Assembly (NCBI GenBank): GCA_051294375.1
Contig: CM119264.1
Span: forward strand, 1,223,923-1,287,922
Direction: 5' to 3'
DNA length: 64,000 nt
From: Paraspadella gotoi
Lineage: Eukaryota; Animalia; Chaetognatha
The notes below the pieces were generated by a model. It saw only the letters and a list, made by a program, of their open reading frames with translations, was not told where the DNA came from and did no database searches. The first letter of the stretch is position 1; each line of letters opens with the position of its first letter. Shown here one piece after another: positions 17,781 through 46,206 of this stretch. The position numbers were made by a program, and so were the translations under genes.

Positions 17781-19013
17781 TTAATCCCATGTCATCAGTT
17801 GAGGATAACAATCTCTCTCATTAGACCAAACATCACTAAGCTTTTCATACCATCTGTGCCCCTTGTCATTTTGTTTATGTAAATAATCGCAGAGTCTACA
17901 GAAACCTTCTCTCAACAACTCGATTCTAACTTCGTGATCTTTTCTCCAGTCGTGAAATCTATTGTATGTTTTGTCATCCATGTTTTTCAAGTAATTAGCC
18001 AATTCTTGTGGATGAAACTTTATTGCTTCAATGTAGGATCCCGGAGGCGCTTGAGTAGCATAGTCCGCCCCTCCTAACACTACCGGCACTGCGGTCGTCC
18101 ACTCCAGCTTCTTCCACAGTTTGTGGGTAATGTAATCACGACAAAGAGAATTTTCAAAGGAAAGAAAAAACTTGTAATCTCGAGTCAACATCGCGTCACA
18201 TTCCCCTTCACGTTTTTTCGAGCATTTTTTCTCCCCACATTTTCCATAAATGTCAACAGGGATGTGACGCCGAAGTTGCTCTACATACTTTTCACGTTTG
18301 CTTGGTGTTTGGCAATTGCTAACGAACCAAGCAACGAGCTTGGTCTTATTGGCCGCGTAATCGATTTTCTTTTCACTTAATGTTACTCTTTTTTTCTTCA
18401 CTACGAATCCGTAAGGAATTGGAATATCGCTGTCGAGTCGATACGTCATGGTCAAATTAAAAATTGGTCCGAAGACGTCAGGGTCTGGTGGCCAGGATGG
18501 ATTCACAATCGGAAGGAGCGACGGCGACTCGAGATTGAGAAAAACCCATTTTTGTCCTTTCCGCTTGAAAGGTGGAAAGTCAAAATGTTTAACGATCGAT
18601 GAGGCGCTCGTTTTGTTTCTTCTTATGTCGGCCCCGTGAAAGATGACGACGTCGGCGTCATTTAATCGATCCCGATCTTTCGTAATCTCGCATCTTTTCT
18701 CCTCGCAATTATTTTGCACGAACGGTTTGGATCCGAAGCCAAAATGAAAGTCCGCATTCAAGAAGAACGAAGTCCACAAAAGGATGACTTTGTGATAATT
18801 CGATTTCGTAGTTTGCGATTCTCTCGTTTTCGGAAGAGTTGAATGAAAGAGTTCGACGTTTTGATTCGCATATTTGATCGTGTCCCTTTTTCTCATCGAC
18901 CTTTCTGGCGGGAATCGCAAGGTTTCATTGATGATGTAAAATGCAATGAACGAAGTGGCGACGATAGCTGCGAAATTGCGAATCCAACGTGTTTGGGAAT
19001 TCATTCTGGCCAT
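17781..19013 (-). CDS. Alpha-1,3-fucosyltransferase (glycosyltransferase family 10), single coding exon
   Basis: 410-aa ORF with an N-terminal type II TM segment, ADVVIFH, WVFLNLESP, FNLTMTYRLDSDI, VAWFVSNC, YKFFLSFENSLCRDYIT(H)KLW and AVPVVLGG. Confidence 0.95.
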   Translation of the reverse strand: MARMNSQTRWIRNFAAIVATSFIAFYIINETLRFPPERSMRKRDTIKYANQNVELFHSTLPKTRESQTTKSNYHKVILLWTSFFLNADFHFGFGSKPFVQNNCEEKRCEITKDRDRLNDADVVIFHGADIRRNKTSASSIVKHFDFPPFKRKGQKWVFLNLESPSLLPIVNPSWPPDPDVFGPIFNLTMTYRLDSDIPIPYGFVVKKKRVTLSEKKIDYAANKTKLVAWFVSNCQTPSKREKYVEQLRRHIPVDIYGKCGEKKCSKKREGECDAMLTRDYKFFLSFENSLCRDYITHKLWKKLEWTTAVPVVLGGADYATQAPPGSYIEAIKFHPQELANYLKNMDDKTYNRFHDWRKDHEVRIELLREGFCRLCDYLHKQNDKGHRWYEKLSDVWSNERDCYPQLMTWD

Positions 19014-19342
19014 TTATTTGGGAAAACTGTTAGGGACAATATATATCAATGAGAAGGGTCAGAAGTTTCATTTGAAAAAAAACTTCCCAAATGAGAAAAC
19101 TTTCAATGGACCAAAATTTTATAAAATTGCTAGAAGCACAGGTAATTAATTTTTTGATATTTATTTATAAATAGGAAATGTCAATTTGTTTTTAAATTTT
19201 CTGGATTCAAAAGGCGTATAAAAAGTTGTCGCACAAAATATAATTCTTTTTTAAAATATTTTGATGATAAGTGGTCGAAATTAAGAAAAAACCTTAAAAA
19301 ATCATCATCATATGATAATTTTAACAGTTTTTACTAATTAAT

Positions 19343-19655
19343 TGCGCTCCGAGTACTCGCGAATCACTTTTCGGTCGGTCGGTCTGTCCCACTTTCATTA
19401 AAAATGCTTTTAGCAGTTCGTTTCTCATTTGTTAAGACAAGAAAAAACTTAAAATCTAAGTGACTGCTAGCGCCGCATTCAGGAAATCTTAAAACTATAG
19501 GGAATAAAAGACGGAATTTCGATGCAGTGCGTGTCATAAATATACGGGCAAAAAAAGGTTTTTGGTTGCGACGCGAGTACTCGCTTTTTGGTCGGTCTGT
19601 CTGTCTGTCTGTCGGTCCGTCGGTATGGCTGTCCGTTGGTCTTTCCCACTTACAT
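19343..19655 (+). mobile_element. Helentron/DINE-1-like short elements; also ~36172-36265, ~47740-47810, ~48562-48815
   Basis: T-run start, 5' hairpin (e.g. AGTTGC..GCAACT; perfect AGTCGGATCTGCT-TATT-AGCAGATCCGACT at 47744), CTATA, then (GTCG/CTGT/CCGT)n microsatellite. 19343-19560 and 48570-48812 are homologous. Confidence 0.55.
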
Positions 19656-19877
19656 TGGTTACTTATTATTCTAATTACTCATGGTTTGAAACATTTTAGC
19701 GAAAATGATATTTCAGCCAAACAATGAATACCGATAATGGATTTGTTTATTGATGTTCCCATTAAAATTTTCATTTAATTTAATTTAACTAGTACAAGCC
19801 ATTCCTTACAAGCGGGCCAAGGCATCATCTTTTGAACGTCATCCATTATTGTGAAATTTAAACGAGACAGAGAAAGA

Positions 19878-19880
<3 letters not shown>

Positions 19881-19962
<82 letters not shown>
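19881..19962. repeat. (GA)n microsatellite; others at ~655-697, 36072-36151, 39225-39345, 61685-61769
   Basis: Directly visible. Confidence 0.97.
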
Positions 19963-19966
<4 letters not shown>

Positions 19967-20749
19967 AGAAATGATTGTAAACTTTAGGAATTATTTTTTT
20001 TTAAATATTGGCTCACGACATAAAAGGAATAAATAGTAGTAAAATCAACGGAAGAAATTTTTTTTTTTCTTTTTTCTAATTTTTAAAGTTTCGGAGTCAA
20101 CCGGTTGGCGATATCAAAAACAGGTTTCTAAAAAATATTCGCGAAGTAAGAGTAATTAGTAGAGTGGAGCACTGGAACATGAATTTTATATGAGTGAACA
20201 AAAAAGGATATTTAGACTGTGGATAAGGCGCTCAGTGGACTGAAGAGTGCTATCCGTAACTTCTTTAACCCGATCTAACAGCCATGGAATGGGTGCTGGG
20301 CTTGGTACCAGGTTTAAGGGTTTTCCACGCCTCCAAAGCGGCTTACGGCTGTCCTCACGCTTCCCGCAGGGTAGGTACCGGGTTGTAATGTAGTAAAAAC
20401 TTATATGATTAAACGTTTTAGTCATTTTTCGCAGCTTTAACCTAAAAATATCATGAAACATATTTTACAAGTTTTTCTTTTTTTTTCTTGAAAATCCGAA
20501 CCTGTTCTTAAAATTAAAAGAAATTGTGATTTTAAAATTGTATAATGATAATGAAAATTTAATTAATGACACTGTTATGCAATTTTTTTTTTTTGAAAAA
20601 GGGCTTAATTATTTTTTTATTACATATACAAAGGCAGCAAAAAACTTTGTTACATCGCTCAATCTTTTCATCACTCCACTCTAGTAATTAGTTCTACCTA
20701 AAACAAAGAAAAACTGAATTCATGAGAGGCAACTGGAAAGAAAGGAGTC

Positions 20750-20751
20750 TT

Positions 20752-20782
<31 letters not shown>

Positions 20783-20817
20783 GTATTATTAGTATTATTA
20801 GTATTATTAGTATTATT

Positions 20818-20890
<73 letters not shown>
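20750..20890. repeat. (ATT)n/(ATTAGTATT)n microsatellite; (AAT)n also at 61033-61108
   Basis: Directly visible. Confidence 0.97.
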
Positions 20891-20891
<1 letters not shown>

Positions 20892-21720
20892 CGCAGGAAA
20901 TGGACCTGATGGATCTGATAGACCAAATAATTTGTCTCTCTTGACTTCTCCGTCTTTTCCTTCTGCATCTGGACCAATCACGACGAGCTTGCCTCTCTTG
21001 GCTTTTCCGTCTTTTCTTCTGGTTGACCAATCAGAGAGGAGCCTTCCCCTGGAAACCGACGCCAGGGAAGAGGAGAGGGAACGAGATCACTCTCAACTTA
21101 CCATCGAAGGAACGGAATCGAATCAAATCGGAATCGAATCGGAATCGAATCGGAATCGAATCGGAATCGAATCGGAATCGAATCGAATCGAATCGGAATC
21201 GATCGGAATCGAATCGGAATCGATCGGAATCGAATCGGAATCGAATCGAATCGAATCGGAATCGAATCGGAATCGAATCGGAATCGAATCGGAATCGAAT
21301 GGAATCGGAATCGGAATCGAGAATCGAATCGAATCGGAATCGAATCGGATCGATCGGAATCGAGATCGGAATCGAATCGGAATCGAATCGGAATCGCAAT
21401 CCGCGAATCGAATCCGCAATCGCGATCGGCGACGCGAGTGATTAAACCAACGACTCGATGATTGATGAATCACCATCGGAATCTGACCAATGAGAAAGGG
21501 GCTTCATGCCATCGGGAAAAGAGAGCCCATGTCGTTGATCCGGTGCCCTGTATAATAGGAAACCGTTTTTGTATTGAATTCATTCTGTCTCACACCGTTC
21601 TTCGCTTGTTATATTTCTCAGAATAAAATCCACTTTTGGTTTCATGTTGAAATCTCTGTCTACTTACTTAATGTGGTGGCGCGGTGGGATTCGAACACAC
21701 GCCTCCGAAGAGAACTCACA
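20887..21720 (+). mobile_element. Long variant of the tRNA-Leu-containing solo LTR, with an internal (GAATC/GGAATC)n expansion
   Basis: Starts TTATCGCAGGA (compare TGTCATCGCAGGA), has three CCAAT boxes, TATAATA, CAGAATAAAATC and a tRNA-Leu complement at 21674-21716, and ends ACTCACA like the 5072-5415 element. Confidence 0.55.
21113..21425. repeat. (GAATC/GGAATC/GATC)n simple satellite
   Basis: Directly visible. Confidence 0.95.
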
Positions 21721-24700
21721 TCAAATTCTATTTATTATATTTGTTTACCTGTCTGTTTATTCTGCATAATCTCCACCAACTATCGTTATCTCCTCGTGTG
21801 TTAAATGTTAATAAAACTTCACTATATTTCTACTAATAACCACGCCTATTCCTTCGTTGTGGTGGCACCGGTGGGATGACACAATGAAAAATAACGTGGC
21901 GAAACAGTCTCGTGCTGATTTTGTCCTTTAAAATTGTTTCTGAGCCAAATTATTGATCATTACTTTTGGTAAATATGTGGATATACACTACTGGACATTA
22001 ACTGTATCTGACCATAACCCTTGACCATCAACAAAAAAGCTAACTAGATCAAAAATAGTAAAAAAAGATGAAGCAATATAGCTCGAAACGCTTACAAAAT
22101 TTTAGACCATTGCTTTTATAAATGCAAAAAAAATATTAATATTATTAAAACAAAACTTTAACGATAACCTAATAGTTAACCGAGACCAAGATGAATATTT
22201 TTTACCCATCATTTCCTCAATTTATATGAATCATTTATTTGTAATTAGTCAATTAATCTAAATAATAATATGACAATTCATTTTAATTTTCTTTATGATG
22301 GAAGTTTCTCTGCTTACTCCCTTGTGTCTAATTATTTAATATTTCCAAGGTATTTTCAAAACCTTATATAATTACTATATTTTTCACTTTTTTCCAATTC
22401 TTTCAAACAAAAATAACATCATAAAAAAACATTTTAAATTAATAAAAAAAATTGATTGAATGATTTTGGAAAAAAATATTTTGAAACTTGAGAATAATGG
22501 ATTATGAGTCAGGAAAAAAATTTTGCAATTCTAAAAAATCAGCCTCTAGCCTTTCGATTTTTCTAGAGGCTGATTTTTTTATTTTTTGATATTTTGATTT
22601 TCTATGCAAAACCATTATTCTCAATGAGCATAGGTCGGACGAAATTTTTTTTCCAACAATTTGAAAAAATTTCAACTTTTCTAATTAGGCTTTTTTTTTG
22701 GGGAAATAAATAAATAAATTATTATACGATGGGTACATCTGAAAGTGATATGTCTCTAAATGAACAAAAAAATTTTCTTCAAGTTTTATTTTGAAATTTA
22801 AGTATTGTACCAATAGAAATAAGTGAGATACTCCCGCTTTGCCGAAATTTTTATTTAACAAAGATTTGTACTGCGTAATTTAAAAAAAAATATTTTTTTA
22901 AATAACTTTTGAAAGAAAAGAGGTAGCACGGTGGATGTGGTATCAAATTAAAGCCCTAATCATGGGACACCTTTCTAAAAGAGTTTTATTAAATTAAATC
23001 CATAAATCTTACACAGCTTTTGTTTAAATCAGAGTTAAAGTATAACAGTTTTTTGCTTTAAAAAATTTTAATGAAGGCATTAAAATTTTTTCTTTTTCTT
23101 TTGTAATTTAAAAAGGAAAGACTGAATTACATTTTTTTTATTATATTAAATTTTTTTATTCCATAAAATTGCTTATATTATTTCAGTTAAAGTAAAAAAC
23201 AAGCAAAATTTATGTTGTAGCTTGATAAAATGCATTTTTAAATATTAAAAATGATAAATACAAAAATGTTTCAAGCTTGATATAAACAGTCTGGACATCT
23301 ACCTTCTTGTCTGTGAAAAAAAAATCGTCATTTTTTCATTATCTTTAACTGCAAACTAAAAGCTTGACACACTGCTTGTTTAACATAATAAAGTTATAAA
23401 AAATTATATAGCTGGTAACATATTTGACAAAGCAAAACATCATTGTATTAAATTGTATTGATAATTTTTTTTAAATATAGCAAGGAATTTAATTCTATTA
23501 TTTATCATCCATTTTAATTAAGAAAAAATATTTCTCGTAATAGCCCATTGGAAAGGGTTCATTGACTGACTTAATGATAAAATTATTAGATTCCTTTACT
23601 GCCCCTATTTCACAAGATATAAAAGGTCATGGTTATCATGTCAATAAGTCCAGATTATCTGTACCCATTCTGCAACCTGCATTCTAAATTTTCTTTTTTT
23701 CCCTTTCAAATGTATTAAATAAAAAATAATTTTGAGAGAACAATCGGTGTGGAGGATGCCATTGGTAAGCCTTAGTTACCCCACTTCCCGATCGAATTTT
23801 AAATAAGGTTTTTTTTCCATCAATTTGAGACATAACTCTAACTATTAGTACTATTATTTTTTATTTTTTCTATTAGAGTTCTATGAATAAATATGAATAA
23901 GTAACTTTTTAAAAAAATTTATCATCTTTCACCCTATATTCAGTCATATCTAAAAAACAAAAAAAGATTTTGCATTGATATTTTAGATATCAACATATGA
24001 AACTATAACGTTTTCAAAAAATAAAAGAAATATAATAATATTGAACAGTGAATTTTTTTTATGCACGGAACAGTAACGTTACGCCATTTTTTCATTGTGT
24101 CGGATTCGAACCCACGCCTCCGAAGAGACTATTATTATCCATTATTAAGAAGGATGCGAAGAAGACGAACGGACAAAACGGAAATACGGATTCAGTTGGA
24201 ACGTAAGGATGTACGGACGGACGATTAAAAATATAGTCGGACGAACGGTCGTGCGGACAGAGAGAGGAGTGGATGAAGAGTGTAGACATTTTTATTATTT
24301 TTTTTATTTTTATTATTTTCTATGTCTGAGAGGGTCGCGTGTTTGATTCGTCGGCCGTAGGTTGAACTGGCTTTAACATGGAGCAAAGATTTATAAATCT
24401 CAAATGTCATAAATGTCGAATAAATGACGAATAAATCGTGAATAAGTTTATTATTGAAGATAACAAATAAATAGCGAAATCAATTTCGTATAATAAATTG
24501 GTGTGGAAAATCCTTGGATTCCGTAAAAACTATGGTTCCATTCAGCCGATCTTTTCCAGAGAAACGATTATGATCGAATGACAAGTGACGAGGTTTTCGG
24601 CCGAAAGAAAGTCACGAGAAAGCAACTGGAACGGTGAAAAGACTGGTCTGAAAAGGTCAACTAATAGACCAGGGAAAAATGACCGGACGCGAGGTCACAA

Positions 24701-25688
24701 AATCTTTCTATCAAGACTCTCTCAGAGTACTTGGTTTAACTATCAATGAAGCGGCATAATATTTCGAAGAATATTTTGATTATACAAAAGGACTTATATT
24801 TTGTAATCCATAATCTATTCTTGTTTGCATTTTGTATCTGAAATCATTTTTGTCTGCAGAGAAAGGAATAGAGTAGGGTTAGGAGTACATTTGAAAACGG
24901 TAAGGTAAGGTAAGGTAAGGCACAGCAATAATACAAATTTATGTAAAAGGGAGAGAGGAGAGGGAAGTCGCGCGGTCTTCAGTGAGCAGTAAAACTGGGG
25001 CCCGATCCCGATGCACTCCGCGGGAGAAAAGAAGCCCCTGGCGGTAGGGGGGGGGGTCTATCCTGTTTTTATTTTTATAAATAATATTTTTCCCTAAATT
25101 GAAATGAAAATTACAAAATATTATACTAAATTTAAAAAAAATTATATCAAGACACATTTTTTTAAAAAAAGTATTAAATTTATTTTAAAGTTTTACTAAA
25201 TATCTTACCGTTGTCTTGTGGAAATACAGGGAACGTCTACCTCACACAATACTTTTATATTGAAAAATCGCATTATCTAAAGGCAGAACAGAAAGGGGCC
25301 GAGTGGAGAATTTTGTTAAGAAATTAAGTTCTTGCATGATAAAGAATACACTATAAGCCGCATAGATTTTTTTTTCTCTTTTCTGTTTCCTTTATTAAAT
25401 TTCTTGATGAAGATAAATAAAAAAAAATATCCTCATATCAACAGCAACGACAATAATGTCCTGTGAAAATTGTGAAAATTAACTTCACTCCTAAACCGTG
25501 GGAACCGAATCACAGTTGCCTTTTTCTCTCTATTCACGTCGCGTCTTCACAGTGAATTTTTTTCTGTGATCTAAGATGAAGTTCGAGAGAAAATAGGACG
25601 TCTCTTTAAGTTTTATTTAACTAACTTAATTTGTACATTTTTAATTACAAAATACAAAATAGAAAAATGTTAATTGTTTTCACATCTA

Positions 25689-41514
<15,826 letters not shown>

Positions 41515-42796
41515 TGTTTCTGTTTCTGTTTTTTATTTTTTTTTAGTTTATTTTTTTCCGTTTTAAATGTATAATTTTTCCAATTTTTGACACCAAATGT
41601 GTTTGTTCCTCTTGTTTCCAAATCAAAACGAATCGAGGCCTTTTTTTCCCAACCCGCCCCATTTTATGTTAAATTCGGAATTAGATTAATTTAAAGGTTA
41701 GAGGTTAGGGATAAAGTTAGTGATTGGTTTGTGATTAGGGTTAGGGACTTGTGTTTAGGGTTAGAAATTAAGGATAAAAAATTGGGGTTAGGGTTTAGAA
41801 TAAATTTAAATAGTGTTTGCATGTTTGTACCTAAAAGTCTTAAAGTACAGTGTTCTTTCACAAGAAATAATTTATTAAATCTATTTTGTTTTATTATTTT
41901 TATCTGATATGCAAAATACCAAATCAAATATAAACTATTACTAAACACTAATCCTACCAGAATCGAAATCGAAATCCCTGTCTATTTACTTAAATGCTCT
42001 ATCTAATAAATTTAAAGTTAAGGATTAAAAATATATTTAGGTTAAATATTAAAGTTAAAAAATAAATTGTGGAATAAACGAACATTGGTCATTCTCGGTA
42101 AAGAGAGCCAAAATTTCGAATGCAGCCATCGAATGGAAGTTGGATTCTCGGCTGAGCATCGATTTGAATATGAAAGACGAAATCCGATCGATTAAGAAAA
42201 AAAATACGGAATTAGATTCGCTGTGAATCTTATTTTTAGCTGTGAGTGTGACACTTTTTTTGGTGAGAGATACTTGATATATAAAAAGAATTACATAATT
42301 AGTTGTTCGCCGGTATTAGTTTATTTCGATTTTACTTAACTTTACTTAATTAAGATATTATCAATATTAATATTCTCTGAAAGCCCTTAAAAAATGTGAA
42401 GCGAATGATATACTTACGAAAGCTCTAACCTAAAGATTAAGCTGCCCAGCCTTGGTTCAATTAAAAGAGTCAAAAGGGAATTATCTAACTTTTTTAATTT
42501 TTAAAAGAAATATATGACCAGTTTAACTTATTATAATATAAAATATTCGTATTGACGCTCGTGACAACGTGTGGGCGAGACCGTAGGGGGAAAAAAAGGG
42601 TTCGACGTCCGACGGTCGAGGATTTGATATCGGTGTCTTACTTTTCCCCGTTTCTCGAGAGAGAGAGAGAAAACGCGACGACGATTATGAAGACGATGAA
42701 AAAACGTGAAACCGGGAATGAATATCCCGATTATTTTTAAAATCTTACGAGTCAGGGCAGTTGCCTCCGACGTCGTACGGTTTTAACACCGTTTGT

Positions 42797-43030
42797 TGGC
42801 CTTATATTTCCAGAACGCGCCATTTCATCCTAAATTTTGAATTAGGTTAATTCTTTCAGTTAAAAACTAGGTTAGGGGTGAAAATTAGGAACAAGGGTTT
42901 AAGGGTTAGAGTTTAAGATTAGGGTTAGGAATTGGATTATAAGTTTAAGAACGTTTTTCTATTAAATATTAAAGTTAAAATTAAATACTGGATTAAAAGA
43001 ACAGAAGTTGGGCGCTCTGCGAAAAGACAG
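42797..43030. mobile_element. Short element with GGCCTTATTTTC-type termini and degenerate TTAGGG interior; related at ~7490-7642, ~14968-15118, ~41635-41800, ~58037-58195, ~58205-58560
   Basis: Shared terminal motif and TTAGGG/TTAAGG/TTAGG-rich core in several dispersed copies. Confidence 0.5.
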
Positions 43031-43696
43031 TCACAAACTCATTGTCTGCTAACAAAACAAAATTTGTTTTCTCTCTAACTTTCACGTGTCATAAAGAATA
43101 AAAGATAATGGTTTGAAGTATATATAACATGTTTATTTCAGCGATTAAATTAGTAGAAAATTAGCAAATGAATTAAAACTAAAATTACAGATTAATTAAC
43201 AAAAACATCAACTCATTTCTCATTTTCAGCTTTATTACTAATTGTCGGTATCATTTCAATTCTGAAAATTGGTACAACCATTATAAATGTATCCATTCAT
43301 TTAATGAAGAAGCTATCTTGCCACTGATTTTGGACAGGGTTTGTTGGTTTAAGGCCTTACTTAAGGGAGTGGTCTTTTCATACAATTGAAACATTCTTTG
43401 AAACATTATACCACTTCATTGATAGGGAAGCCAGGTACTCTAGGAGTGAATAAACGAGACTGTGAGAGAGTCTTGATCGAAAGCTTGCAGGGACCTGCTA
43501 TGTCATTACCTTGTAAGAGTGATGGAGGCCTTAAACCATAGCTTATTTATTAAATGAATGGATAATTTTTATATTGGTTGTACCAATTTCATATTCTTGT
43601 TTGCGTTTTGGATCTGCAATCACTTTTGTCAGTACATTCATCTGCTTCGTCCAACTGCAATAACCATTTAAAACGTCCATCTTCAGTTACCTCCAA

Positions 43697-46206
43697 TTAT
43701 CTCCACGGTCGCCAAACTTTATTCTTTTCTTTTTTCGATTCTCTCTCCTCCTCCTCCTCTTCCTCCTTCCTCCCTTTCTTCTCCTCCCTCTCCTCCTTCC
43801 CCCTTCTCTCCCCGCTCACACCCGACGACGACAACGACGACGACAACGACGACGATCCTGGCGACGTTAACGACGACGAAGCCGACGATTCGTTCTTGAC
43901 GTCGTCGTCGTCGTCGTCGTCGTCGTTTCTCGTCACTTCGACTTCCTCCGCTTCGGAAGTGGAATGAGTGAGAATGGAATCGTCTCCGCTGCTGAACCCG
44001 CAGTCCACCGGCGCCGCGGTTGATGCTGTAGGGGCTGATCGTGCTGCGGCGTCGAACGGCGTCCCGGCGCTGAACTCGGACGGCGTCGCGGCGCCCAACG
44101 ATTTGTCTTTGTCGTCGTCGTTGATGCAAAATCGACAAATTGATGGACAAGGAAGAAATTGAGATGTTTTCTGATGTAGCTGATGTAGCTGATGTAGCTG
44201 ACGCTGATGGGGAGGACTGAGAGCTTCGTCGTTGCTAAAGAGACTCTCGTTCTGATAGTTGTTGTTATTGCGGTTGTTGCTCCTGCTGATGCTGTTGCTG
44301 CTGCAACCAATGCTGCATCCAACGTTCGATGACGACGACGACGCCGTCACTCGATCTTTTCCTCTTCCGGCGCTAAAACGCAAAGCATGACGTGCGCGCG
44401 GCGTCACTCGCGGTCGCCAAGGGAGACGCTTGGTGGCGGGGACGACGACGCCGCCGCCGCCGCCGCCGCCGCCGCAGCCACGCCGCGCCGGAGCGACTCC
44501 TTGAACGATGACTTCTTCGCCGACGCAGTCGTCCTCGTCTTCTTCTTCCGACGTCGACGTTAACAGCGTCGGCACGCCGGTTCCGCCCATGCTGCCGACG
44601 CAAAGCGGCGCCACCGGCGTCGTTATAGGCGGCGTCGTGGGAAATTGGATTCGCGACGCCGAGGACATTGATGTCGCCGGCGCCAATAGACCCGGCGCCT
44701 TGGATTGCAGATGGCGTTGAACGCGATTGTGGAGATCGGCGTCTGCGTGACCTTGAGTGACCTTGAAGGGGGAGAAATGAGGGAGAGGAGGAAAAGGGAC
44801 AAAATTATACAAACAAAAATGTACAAACGAAATATAAATTAGACAATAGACATTCATCGAACAGATTACGTTAAAAAATGAACGGTTTGAATAATAAACA
44901 AGACTAAAGAATGATACGAATGAAGAATGAAATAATTGAGGGACGAGATGATTTAAAAATTGTAAGATTAAAAAACATAAGATTTAAAAATGACAATTTT
45001 AAAGAATGACAAAACAAACAAATGACTAGACATAGGTAATGACAAGAATGATCAATGAGGCCAAAAAAATGACAAGACCATTGAATGAACAGACATAAGT
45101 AATGATAAGACCTATGAGGCCAAACAAGGCTAATAAACGAGCAGACAAATGACAAGACAAATAAATGAGCAGACAAATGAGACAAATAAATGAGCAGACA
45201 AAAGACTAGACAAATAAATGAGCAGACAAAAGACCAGACAAATAAAGGAGCAGACAAAAGACCAGACTGACCTGCGAAGCCAAAAATGTGTCGACGACTT
45301 GAATTCCTTCAGCGAATCCGAGATAAAAATTGGCCAACATTTCTGACTCTTTGATCGGAGGAGGAAGAGGAGGAGGAGCGTATGGGCTCCCTGAAATAGA
45401 ATTAGGGGATTGATTGATTGATTGATTGATTTGTTTATTTTATTGATTTATTGATTTATTGATTGATTGATTTATTTATTTATTTATTTATTTTTGGAAA
45501 ACCCCCAAGCCTGGTTCCAAGCCCAGGACCCGTTCCATGGCTGCGAGAGGCGTTAAAGAAGTTGCGGATAGTCATCTTCAGCCCACTTAGCGCTTTATCC
45601 ACAATTATCCATTTTTAAAAAAGTCAGAACATAGTATATATTTAATTATTATTTTACATCATGTGACTGCTACTTGAACATTAAGGCAGAAAAATATTTA
45701 TCACTTTTTATCATTAGGAGCCCTGTAATACAAAATACTTTCATCCTTTAAATACTTAAACGATTTTTACTATAACTTTTTAACTAGTGAAGCATAGTAT
45801 AACATTGAAGCATTTATATATTTATCAATGCATAGGCAAAGAAAAAATCATCAACATCATCATTTTTATAATTTTTGTTACTTTTAACCGATAAAACATA
45901 TTAATTAATATTAATTTTATTTATATTACAGAACTATTAGTTATTACTTATCGAACATATGACTTAACCTTGAGCAGCAGCCTTTCCGGCCTGATGTTGC
46001 TTGAGACAGTTGACGGTCAATTCCAGCAAATCTGCCTTCTCCAATTTAGAATATCTCGCTGCAGCCTCGTCGTATCCGCCGCCGCCGCCGCCGCAGCTAG
46101 CCTCCCGCCCGCAGAGGGTCTTCAAGACGATGTCCCGCAACTGACTCAAATAGTTATTGATACGCGCTCGGCGTCTTTTCTCCATCAACGGCTTGTTATT
46201 GCTCAT
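43697..46206 (-). CDS. HES: Hairy/Enhancer-of-split (HES) bHLH-Orange transcriptional repressor
   Basis: Exon 46206-45969 (KPLMEKRRRARINNYLSQL...KLEKADLLELTVNCLK), exon 45390-45272 (FYLGFAEGIQVVDTFL, Orange) and exon 44761-43697 (LHNRVQRHL...VWRPWR*). Phases are consistent. Confidence 0.93.

Noticed and set aside
20694-21476. Long ORFs (poly-Ile, ESNRIG/DSDSIR repeats) as proteins
   Set aside because: The frames are open only because the microsatellites lack stops; the region is better explained as an LTR-like element.
43697-43714. WRPW followed by an extra Arg as loss of Groucho binding
   Set aside because: Known functional HES proteins also have residues after WRPW (HES1 ends WRPWRN).
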